Part shown: one piece after another, positions 9,533 to 18,034 of the stretch
How the letters are laid out: every line of letters starts with the position of its first letter
How positions within the stretch are numbered: the stretch's first letter is position 1
Source: Parachlamydiales bacterium
Lineage (GTDB): Bacteria; Chlamydiota; Chlamydiia; Chlamydiales; SM23-39
NCBI GenBank assembly: GCA_016931275.1
Contig: JAFGFA010000007.1
Coordinates: 52,321-116,320, forward strand
Length of the DNA: 64,000 nucleotides
Reading direction: 5' to 3'
Notes under the pieces: generated by a model
Told to the model about the DNA's origin: nothing
Database searches by the model: none
What the model saw: only the letters and a program-made list of their open reading frames with translations
Program-made: the position numbers and the translations under genes

Positions 9533-10266
9533 TTTTTATTTTCTTCTTCAAGTTTTAGGTACTTATAAAAGCAAACATTCGCATTATAGATAGAAAGAAT
9601 ACAGCCAATTTTTCCGTAAAATATGCCTCTTTTAAAAAAATAGCTCTTAAAAAATGAAAAGAGAGCATGGAAAATAGCTTTAGAAAAAGACCCTTTCTTT
9701 TTAGACGCATACTGATGGGCAAAAAGCGAGGAATATATTTGCATTTTTCTCAAAAAATCTTCCGTGCTGTGATAAGAGAAATGATGAATATATCCTTTTA
9801 GAGCAATAATTTTTAAATTCTTGATGATAATAGCCTCATGGACCAGATCTTGGTTGAAGGAGGTGCTTTTTCTGTTATAGATCCGTATATGGCTTTCAGG
9901 GTACCATCCACAGCATTTGACGCATTTATTTTGATAAAAATTCAAAAAGGGGAGTTGGTATACAGCATTTTCTTCGAGAGGAAGATGAAAAATTTCCTCT
10001 ACCAGCATTTCTGAAAGCACTTCGTCGGAGTCTAAAGAAAGAATCCAATCCTTGGATGCAAACTGTGCAGCTGTGTTGCGTGTGTTTCCAAATCCCTCAA
10101 AAGAACCTGTATGTATGCTAACATTTGAAAATTTTTCGGCAATTTTTAGCGTGTTATCCGTTGAGCCGGTATCGAATAGAAGGACTTCAGAAAATCTTCG
10201 AAGGGAATCTAATGTTTTCCGGATTGTTTTTTCACTATTTTTTGTTAAAATTACGACACTAATCAT
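9523..10266 (-). CDS. family 2 glycosyltransferase (LPS core-type)
   Basis: ISVVILTKNSEKTIRKTLDSL...DTGSTDNT...LSLDSDEVL gives the GT-A N-terminal fold and a DxD motif. Confidence 0.8.
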   Translation of the reverse strand: MISVVILTKNSEKTIRKTLDSLRRFSEVLLFDTGSTDNTLKIAEKFSNVSIHTGSFEGFGNTRNTAAQFASKDWILSLDSDEVLSEMLVEEIFHLPLEENAVYQLPFLNFYQNKCVKCCGWYPESHIRIYNRKSTSFNQDLVHEAIIIKNLKIIALKGYIHHFSYHSTEDFLRKMQIYSSLFAHQYASKKKGSFSKAIFHALFSFFKSYFFKRGIFYGKIGCILSIYNANVCFYKYLKLEEENKKCS

Positions 10267-10303
10267 AAGCTTATCATATAAAAATCATGATAATTGCGCT
10301 ATT

Positions 10304-12133
10304 TTAAAGTCTCTCTGGAAACATTTCTTCAATATGGGTAAAGAGGTAATAAAAAAGCTCATTAAATATTAGAATATATTCTTTTATTTTTTGAAGAATT
10401 TCTGAGTTGGGATAAGGAAAAAGAGATCCTGCATACATAGAGGAAATTCTTTTTTTGTGTTCTTCTATTCTTTCCTCTCTTTCCTCTAATGGATCCACTA
10501 AGAGCTTCAATTGTTGATTCGTTAATTGACGGATGCATTGTAAATGGAGAGATATGTTTTTTTGCTCTTCTTGAGAAAAGGAGTGTAACAAAGCAGAAGC
10601 GGCCTGTTTTATGGGGCTGCTATCATTCTTAAATCCACCTACAAGCATGGGAGACGAGCAGTCTGGTTGAAGGATAGCCTGTACTAATGCGTTATATTCT
10701 GAAGAATTAGAAAAAACCGTTAATGAGTTTTTTCTTGTTATATCATCTCTTAAAAAAGATTTATATAAATTAAGCGCTTGATGAGCATCTATCAAGTGGT
10801 GTTCCTTAAGGACAGAAAATGGCACATGAAACAAGATAAAAATAGAATTTGGAGGCATCGTTCCATGAGCAGTTCTTTCAATGGAAGGAATGTTGAAATA
10901 CTCTAAATTGTCCATAATGATTTGTTGTAGTTTTATGGCCGTTTGGGAACAATTATATTGAGCTATGGGTAATTGACGCGGACTTCTAAGAGATTTTTGT
11001 ATTTGATTAGACTTCGAGGCCAGTGTTTTTTTAACTTGTTTACTATTGTCCAAAAATATTTTTCTGCTTTCTTCTGCTAAGGGAAGCAAAACATCAAAAA
11101 GAATAGAAATATTTTCTATAGTTACTGGGGAAAAATCTATATTTCTAAGCGTTCCTATTATGCTCGAAAAAAGGTGTACGCGATCTAATATAAGAGATGT
11201 TTTTGAGGGGCTCTCTGGAAAATACAGTAAAAGCACTTCTCGAAAAGGGAGGTCTTGAAGAGAGCGCAGAAACGATTCTTCTAAAGCATTTTTTAAGACG
11301 GAGGGAAAATTCTGATAGATAAATTGCCCCACAGGAGTTTGAAAAAATAAAATTCTTCTTTGAGTTTCTGGAAAGATAAGGGGATTATCAATCCTAAAAT
11401 GAATCGTCTGATTGAGTATTGCTAGAATAATGGAGGATAAATCCATATTTTGAAACAAAAGATCCAATAAAGCAATTTTAACAAGATCCGTCTCTTCGAT
11501 ATTATAATTTGTTTTGTTTTCCCAATCGGAAGAGGTAAGAAATTTTTCAAGAGGGCTTGCATATTGTTCTACTCCATCCTGATTCATAGTGAAGCATTCT
11601 TTGCAAAAGAGGGAAGTTCTATCCCCTTCGGATTCAGAAAAAAGGGTACAGACACGAAGCTTTCCTTCCCATTCTAAGAAAGAGAGCATATGATGAAAAG
11701 CCATCTGGTCTAGATGAATGACAGATAAAGGAACGGCAAATCCTAATACAATTCCCAATCTAGAGCTAAAAATTGCGTATTTTTCTTGATGAGAATTAGT
11801 GCGGTATTTTTCTACGGAATCCAATGCTAATAATTCTTCAAGACTTCGAGATTCATTGATAAAATTATCGGTAGGATTTTGATTATAAACGTTCTTAAGA
11901 ATAGCAGAGATGTCTTGCGCTCTACTCTCAGTCGCAGATGAAGATAACGGTTGAGCCTGAAATGAAAAAGGACTAGTAGGTTTTGGCAATTGAAAAGGTG
12001 GTCTATAATGCTCTTCAAACCAAGCTTTTGTTCTTTCTGCGTTCTGCGTTTGCAAAGAACAAGAAGTGACCTCTTCCTGTAAGCTTCGTATGTATTCTCT
12101 ATATCCTCCGATAGAACGGATTCCCGTAGACAT
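10304..12133 (-). CDS. hypothetical protein (609 aa, orphan)
   Basis: Long uninterrupted ORF with an ATG start. No TM segment and no motif recognised. Confidence 0.6.
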   Translation of the reverse strand: MSTGIRSIGGYREYIRSLQEEVTSCSLQTQNAERTKAWFEEHYRPPFQLPKPTSPFSFQAQPLSSSATESRAQDISAILKNVYNQNPTDNFINESRSLEELLALDSVEKYRTNSHQEKYAIFSSRLGIVLGFAVPLSVIHLDQMAFHHMLSFLEWEGKLRVCTLFSESEGDRTSLFCKECFTMNQDGVEQYASPLEKFLTSSDWENKTNYNIEETDLVKIALLDLLFQNMDLSSIILAILNQTIHFRIDNPLIFPETQRRILFFQTPVGQFIYQNFPSVLKNALEESFLRSLQDLPFREVLLLYFPESPSKTSLILDRVHLFSSIIGTLRNIDFSPVTIENISILFDVLLPLAEESRKIFLDNSKQVKKTLASKSNQIQKSLRSPRQLPIAQYNCSQTAIKLQQIIMDNLEYFNIPSIERTAHGTMPPNSIFILFHVPFSVLKEHHLIDAHQALNLYKSFLRDDITRKNSLTVFSNSSEYNALVQAILQPDCSSPMLVGGFKNDSSPIKQAASALLHSFSQEEQKNISLHLQCIRQLTNQQLKLLVDPLEEREERIEEHKKRISSMYAGSLFPYPNSEILQKIKEYILIFNELFYYLFTHIEEMFPERL

Positions 12134-12316
12134 TCTTTTTATATCCTTATTTGCAATAATTTGTTTCGATTATATTTCTCTAAGAAGAAAAACGCAATTT
12201 TTAATGTAAAAATGAAAAACAACGGTAAAGTAAATTTTTTAATTTACATTTAAGGAAATCAATAGCTCAATATATTAAAAAACTTTATAATTCATCCACC
12301 TATTCCTCAGGAAAAA

Positions 12317-13585
12317 ATGTTTAGGAAGATTGTCCATTATTTTACTCATGCTCCGGCCAGAGAAAAAATATTTGTTTTAGCTATTTTTGGTTGTTCTTTT
12401 TTTGTTTCCTTAGATTATGGAATTATTCGTCCTGCTAGCACATCGATTTTTATTGAAATGTACGGTGCGCAATATGTTCCTCATGCATGGTTAGCGAGTG
12501 TTCCTTTAAATTTTTTCCTGATTTCGATGTATAATTTTTTTCTTCCTCGATGGGGAAATCGGAAAACTTTTATTTGTTTTGCGATTCTTATTATTGGTGT
12601 TCAAGGTTTTGCGGGATTTTATTGCAATAGATTTTATTGGCTATCTTTCATACAAAACATTTTTAAAGATGTATACATACTTCTTATTTATAAGCAGATT
12701 TGGTCTTTGATTCATTCGACGATTTCCAAAGAAAACGCTAAGTTTTTATATGGGTGGATGTATGGTTTTGGGGGAATAGGTTCTATGGTAGGAGGGATCA
12801 TCACTTCCTGTCTTGCCGTTAGATTTTCCTCACAAAAATTGTTTTTAGCAAGTCTTCCGTCCTATATTTTTTTAATCATTTTCTATTCCATTGCCCATAG
12901 AAATAGTGGCATAACATCGAAGCAGATTAAAGAATCTCTCATTAATAAACCCAAACCTAGCGAGGGATTTTCTCTGATTAGGAAATCATCAGTGTTGACT
13001 GCAATTATGTTGTTTGTGATTTTGTTTCAGGTGATGGTTTCTCTGACCACTTATCAATTTAATTTATCGTTAGAAGAACATATAGCCAATGTCGATTTAA
13101 GAACCGAATATACGGGAAAACTGTTTACGGTGATTCATGTTTTTATGACCCTTTTTCAGGTTTTAGGCAGTTATTTCCTTATAGAGAAATTAGGAGAGAA
13201 AAAATCACACTGTCTTATACCTATCATTTTAACAATAAATAGCTTAATTTTTATGATCCTGCCATCTCTTTTCATGGCTTCCTATTCTTTTGTTTTTATC
13301 AAATTTTTAGAATTTTCGTTCTTTGGAATAATTATTGAAATACTATATATTCCTTTAAGTTTAGACGAAAAATTTCGAGCGAAAGCCGTGATAGATGTTT
13401 TTATCAGAAGAAGCGCTAAAGCGCTAGGCGCTGTGATCTTGTTATTGATTGCCTTAATTCAGACCGTTCATCATCGTTTTCTCATCGGATTAATGGTTTT
13501 ACCAATTATGATAAGTTGGATAAGTATTGTTCGATCCTTCTTTAAAGAAACCTCTAACCCTTTAAAACCAGAATCGCAATTGTAA
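12317..13585 (+). CDS. polytopic membrane transporter (MFS / nucleotide-transporter-like)
   Basis: About 11-12 hydrophobic segments. The N-terminal pattern REKIFVLAIFGCSFFVSLDYGIIRPASTSIF...YVPHAWLASVPLNFF resembles the N-terminus of ATP/ADP-translocase (NTT)-type carriers. The family call is tentative. Confidence 0.55.
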   Translation: MFRKIVHYFTHAPAREKIFVLAIFGCSFFVSLDYGIIRPASTSIFIEMYGAQYVPHAWLASVPLNFFLISMYNFFLPRWGNRKTFICFAILIIGVQGFAGFYCNRFYWLSFIQNIFKDVYILLIYKQIWSLIHSTISKENAKFLYGWMYGFGGIGSMVGGIITSCLAVRFSSQKLFLASLPSYIFLIIFYSIAHRNSGITSKQIKESLINKPKPSEGFSLIRKSSVLTAIMLFVILFQVMVSLTTYQFNLSLEEHIANVDLRTEYTGKLFTVIHVFMTLFQVLGSYFLIEKLGEKKSHCLIPIILTINSLIFMILPSLFMASYSFVFIKFLEFSFFGIIIEILYIPLSLDEKFRAKAVIDVFIRRSAKALGAVILLLIALIQTVHHRFLIGLMVLPIMISWISIVRSFFKETSNPLKPESQL

Positions 13586-13642
13586 TAATATTATTGTAAA
13601 ATTAAAAAAAATAGTATAATAAAATTATCAAGGAAATGAAGA

Positions 13643-13882
13643 GTGAAGAAGATAATCTTAATACTCTTAGCAATAGGTATTTACACCTATATCATGTCAG
13701 AAAATAAGAGTGATTTATTTTTATCTGCAGGTAAATATCTTTATAATTATTGTCATAAATACGTAAAAGAAAAGAATTTCGAAATAGATGTGAATCATTG
13801 GTCATCGAATACGGATAAGAGAATTGAAAAAAATCGTTCTGTTCCATCACACAAAAACATCAAAAAACGTCAGAGATGGTAG
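13643..13882 (+). CDS. small hypothetical protein with N-terminal TM/signal segment
   Basis: GTG start with AAGGAA upstream. Starts MKKIILILLAIGIYTYI and has a basic C-terminus. Confidence 0.35.
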   Translation: MKKIILILLAIGIYTYIMSENKSDLFLSAGKYLYNYCHKYVKEKNFEIDVNHWSSNTDKRIEKNRSVPSHKNIKKRQRW

Positions 13883-13890
13883 TTTTTTAC

Positions 13891-14673
13891 TTAAAAACTA
13901 GAAAACAGTGTTACCAATAGTCCCATTTCTATACATTGCGAAGAGGGAAAAGATACCATGCGAATTCCTGATTGATAGGAATGTTTGCTCCCTCCGATTC
14001 CTCTATAGATAAAGTAAGGGGAACATTGAAGATAAGTCGCTTGTTGGAGAAAAATATTCAGAGGGAAGGAGGTATAAATTTGCGGCCGATTTTTCAAGCT
14101 TAATTTTGTGAATGCTGATAAGCCTCTTCGTATCTCCATATCACAAAACGTGGACATTCCGCCTTTAATATCCACTCCGAAAGAATTTTTATAAGGTCTA
14201 TAACTGATATGGAGTCCTCCTAAAAAGGAGATCCAGCTGAAACATTCTTCTAAGTTTTTTGCTTCACGTTCCCAACGATAATATTCTGCTCCTAAGAGAG
14301 GGATAAATTGCCATTTTTTTCGAAGGAAGATATGTCCTTGTAAGCCTTCGATTGTCAATATGGTGCTGTCTGTTGTCGAACGAAAGGGGATTGTCTCATA
14401 AAAATTATAGACTAAGGTCCCGTCATAACGAACATTTCCATAGGCAGCCCCTATTCTGAAGCGAGAAAATTGTCGATTTTTCCACTCTTTTTCATATCCA
14501 AGCATACCGCCATAGTGCAATCCGTATTCATCTGATTTCCGGTCATCGGAAAAATGTTCATGAAACATGCGGAAAAAAATATTAGGGGAAATGGTGAAAA
14601 ACTGGTCTGTGTAGATAGGTAGGGGAATATAAAAGAAAAACAATAGTAATAATAGTACATAAAAATTTTTCAT
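13891..14673 (-). CDS. putative outer-membrane beta-barrel protein
   Basis: N-terminal signal-like MKNFYVLLLLLFFFYIPLPIY, alternating aromatic/Gly-rich strands, and a C-terminal aromatic residue (..LFSSF) typical of OMP barrels. Confidence 0.5.
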   Translation of the reverse strand: MKNFYVLLLLLFFFYIPLPIYTDQFFTISPNIFFRMFHEHFSDDRKSDEYGLHYGGMLGYEKEWKNRQFSRFRIGAAYGNVRYDGTLVYNFYETIPFRSTTDSTILTIEGLQGHIFLRKKWQFIPLLGAEYYRWEREAKNLEECFSWISFLGGLHISYRPYKNSFGVDIKGGMSTFCDMEIRRGLSAFTKLSLKNRPQIYTSFPLNIFLQQATYLQCSPYFIYRGIGGSKHSYQSGIRMVSFPSSQCIEMGLLVTLFSSF

Positions 14674-14767
14674 AGAATTGATTAATTCTAATCATTTTTT
14701 TTGTTTGAAACAATATATTTTGACAATTTCTTTTCTAAACATACAATAAAGATAAAGAGAGAGTTAT

Positions 14768-15454
14768 ATGAAATTCATTGTTTCCATAATTTGTTTCATT
14801 ATTTGTGGATGCGCGGGAAGTCCTTTAGCTACAGGATTTGAAGCGGATAAAAATATTACGAACATGAGTGATTTAGAAATTGGAATGACTCAACCCCAAG
14901 TATTACAAATCATGGGAAAACCATATAAACAAGAAACAAAAATTATTGATCATGAAGAATATACTATTTGGTTCTATATTACAGAAGCGGTAGGGCTTAC
15001 CCAGACAAGGTATATTTCAGAAAATTTTACGCCTCTTATTTTTAGTGAGAACGTTTTGCGTGGATGGGGATATCAATATTATAACTTTTTATTAGATATC
15101 GATAACGCCAAAGGAAAAAGAGCTGAAGAAAAAAGACAACAATATACAGATGATCCTGATGAATGGCCCCCTCAAAAAACGCATGCGATTATCGACATGC
15201 AAGCACCTCCGGATGAGAAAAAACCGCCTGAATTGCAAGATGTGCTTGAATCCATTATTGAAGAACCTTCTTCTTCCGTTCAAGAAAATATGATTCCTTC
15301 TCAAAAACAAGTTGGGGAAAATCCGGCAAATGAACCTTCAAGCTCTCCAGAGGAGTTGCCTCCTGAAAAAAAAGAGACTGTTCCTCAAGAACAAAAAATT
15401 CCGGAATGCAAAGATATAGAAAAGGATCATCCGAATTACAACTGGTTAGACTAG
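14768..15454 (+). CDS. lipoprotein with BamE/SmpA-OmlA-like domain and Pro/Glu-rich tail
   Basis: Lipobox-like FIICGCAG. The stretch LEIGMTQPQVLQIMGKPYKQE...YTIWFY resembles the SmpA/OmlA fold motif. The C-terminal 90 aa are a low-complexity P/E/S region. Confidence 0.6.
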   Translation: MKFIVSIICFIICGCAGSPLATGFEADKNITNMSDLEIGMTQPQVLQIMGKPYKQETKIIDHEEYTIWFYITEAVGLTQTRYISENFTPLIFSENVLRGWGYQYYNFLLDIDNAKGKRAEEKRQQYTDDPDEWPPQKTHAIIDMQAPPDEKKPPELQDVLESIIEEPSSSVQENMIPSQKQVGENPANEPSSSPEELPPEKKETVPQEQKIPECKDIEKDHPNYNWLD

Positions 15455-15609
15455 GGGATCCAAAAAGCAGAAGCTTGGAAAATTTTTCCTGTTGTGGTTG
15501 TGCTGAGTTATTTTTATTTGTAATGGGCAAGAGTATTATTTTTTTTCATTGCAGAATACTAAAAATGTAAATAAAATATTTTAATATTTTTATTTGCAAG
15601 ACGTATTTA

Positions 15610-16977
15610 ATGACCTATCTTTTAGAAAGATCCCCATTCGTTTGTTTTTCAAGAAATTCACTAGGGGAGGAATTACTGGATTCTACGTCATTGCCATCTC
15701 TTTCTGTTGATGAACCCTTATTATTAACACGAACAGCCTATTCTGAAGAACATATCTCTGAAACTAATGATCTTGCAATAAAAGCTTTAAAAGAACAAAA
15801 AAAAATATTTGACGATTTTATAAGTCGAGGATGGTTTTTTAAAGCTTTTTCTGCGCTGAAACAAATAAACATCCAGTGGATCAGAAAAGAATTTAAGCAA
15901 CAATTAGAACGGGAACTTAAATTAGAAATACAATCGCAGATTCGAAAAACACAATATTCTAAAGTTCTCTCCTTATTACTCTTAATCAATTCTTCTGAAA
16001 AACGAGAAAAAACATTACAAAGAATCCGCACAGTTCAAAAGATTAGAAAATTGCAGGCGGAAGAACAAAGGCTCATCAAGAGTATTCAGGGGTGTCTGCG
16101 ACAAGGTTGGATAGACATGGCTCTTTTTTTTTGCCGGTATAATTCTACCCGATCCCATTTTTATTTTTACAGTATGGTTATTAATCATTTAATCAGCATT
16201 GGGTATTTACAACAAGCTCAACAGATCTTACAGACCTTAAATCCATCTTCAGTAACACAATCAATATTTATGAGAAAAATTTTTCAAAGAAAGGTGCAAA
16301 TGATTCAAAATAATCCGTCTCTTTTAGAGGATTGCCTTAATTGTTTGGAAGTTATTAATTCACGGGTACAAGTTTTTAAAATTTATTCTCAAATGCAAAA
16401 TTATACAAGGAATGACAGTATTGATGATTTAATGGTTATGTTTTATAGAAAAAGAAGGGATTTTTTTCGTTCCTGGCATGAATTGCGAACACAAATGTAT
16501 TTTGAACGGGGAGATTACGATCGATGGCTAACATTTTTTAATATAGATTCTGCTATTCAAACATTAAATCTGCATAGATTTTGTCAAAAACTGCTAAAAA
16601 AATGGAATGCGGACACAATTCCACAGCTTAGATTTATTATGCGACATTTTCCTCGTTTAGCTTATTTGAATTCAGAAAAACAATATAGAAATCGACTGTT
16701 TAGGTTAATTTGTGAAAATTATTTATTAGATTTAAATTTCAAAGCGGTTTTGAAATTTGCTCAAAAGAATTTAGAGGAGAAGGATTTGTTCAAAATACTG
16801 AAGAGAACGGTTTATGCCATATCTGGTGAATGGAATGCGGATAATCGAGATATTTTGCGCAATACTTTAAGAATCGATTCACCTGTATCATTCTTATTAG
16901 CTCAAGGCAATCGTTTTCCTCGACAATACATAGAAGATGTTTTTTTTGAAAAATGTAATGAAGGGAGCTCTTGGTAG
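15610..16977 (+). CDS. hypothetical protein (455 aa, predicted helical)
   Basis: Long ATG ORF. The composition is coiled-coil/helical-repeat-like (for example YSMVINHLISIGYLQQAQQILQTL). No enzyme motif. Confidence 0.55.
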   Translation: MTYLLERSPFVCFSRNSLGEELLDSTSLPSLSVDEPLLLTRTAYSEEHISETNDLAIKALKEQKKIFDDFISRGWFFKAFSALKQINIQWIRKEFKQQLERELKLEIQSQIRKTQYSKVLSLLLLINSSEKREKTLQRIRTVQKIRKLQAEEQRLIKSIQGCLRQGWIDMALFFCRYNSTRSHFYFYSMVINHLISIGYLQQAQQILQTLNPSSVTQSIFMRKIFQRKVQMIQNNPSLLEDCLNCLEVINSRVQVFKIYSQMQNYTRNDSIDDLMVMFYRKRRDFFRSWHELRTQMYFERGDYDRWLTFFNIDSAIQTLNLHRFCQKLLKKWNADTIPQLRFIMRHFPRLAYLNSEKQYRNRLFRLICENYLLDLNFKAVLKFAQKNLEEKDLFKILKRTVYAISGEWNADNRDILRNTLRIDSPVSFLLAQGNRFPRQYIEDVFFEKCNEGSSW

Positions 16978-17051
16978 TTGTGATTGTTAAAGTTTGTCGC
17001 TCTTTTTATGAAACATAATATGTATTATCAGACGTTACGTTTTTATCTTTT

Positions 17052-17825
17052 TTAAACGGTTCCTGATACGTTTATACGAGATAAAACTTTGCGGGCAATT
17101 TTATAAGTACGTACTGCAGCCATAGAGGCAAGACCGCAACATTCCAAGATACGTTCTTTTTTTCTTTCTTCAATAGCACTATAGACTAATCTACCTATTG
17201 TGAAGAGAGAACAACCTATGATTAACCATAATGCCCTATTCCATATAGTAGCAATGCGGAAAATATCGTTTAGTAACAAAGAAAAATGCGGGGCTACTTC
17301 TATTAGACTATGATGATGATGAATATTTTGGACTAATTGTATGGAATGTTGAATAAAAGCATAGGATGATCCTGCCAAAAATCCTATCGGTAAAGAAATC
17401 AAGATTCCTGTGATGGAAAGAATGGAGAGAGAGATTTTTATGATGCAAAATATAACCTTTTTTTTGCGCTTTCTGTTTTGCGTTGCCTCAGGATCTTTTA
17501 TATAACGAACGATTTCAATAATTTTTTCATAGATGGAATAAGAATTTTTTGTTAGCGAACTGACCTTTCCAATAGGGCTATATAGCTCAAAAAAAGGAAG
17601 AGCCACTTTTCCGACTCTTATTGCTATATCTCGATAATTTGTAGAGGATGTTTCTCTATGAGCTTCAACCGGAGCTTGTGCTGGCTTGGTATGGGGACTC
17701 TTAACCGGATTTTTCAACCATTCTGAATAGACAGGGATTTTAGTATATTGCTCTTCTAATCTGCGTTGTAACTGTGTGTAAAGTTCTATAGGAACCTTAT
17801 GGTAATTCATTTGTTTTATGAACAT
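17052..17825 (-). CDS. Inc-like membrane protein (bilobed hydrophobic domain)
   Basis: Central segment VIFCIIKISLSILSITGILISLPIGFLAGSSYAFI is two TM lobes with a short loop, as in chlamydial inclusion-membrane proteins. Confidence 0.5.
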   Translation of the reverse strand: MFIKQMNYHKVPIELYTQLQRRLEEQYTKIPVYSEWLKNPVKSPHTKPAQAPVEAHRETSSTNYRDIAIRVGKVALPFFELYSPIGKVSSLTKNSYSIYEKIIEIVRYIKDPEATQNRKRKKKVIFCIIKISLSILSITGILISLPIGFLAGSSYAFIQHSIQLVQNIHHHHSLIEVAPHFSLLLNDIFRIATIWNRALWLIIGCSLFTIGRLVYSAIEERKKERILECCGLASMAAVRTYKIARKVLSRINVSGTV

Positions 17826-18034
17826 CGTAAAACCAATTTTTATCGAATTAATTATACATAATTTCGTTTTTATAATTAACTAAAATAATAATTATTAACT
17901 TTAATTAGTTTGTTTTGTGAATTGCGCTAAATAAGGTTTGAAATTAAAAAAATTTATAGAAGGTGTTTTTAATACTTATAGGATCATTTTCAGTTAAAAA
18001 ACAGCTCTTTCCCCCATAAACTTAAGGAACTTAA

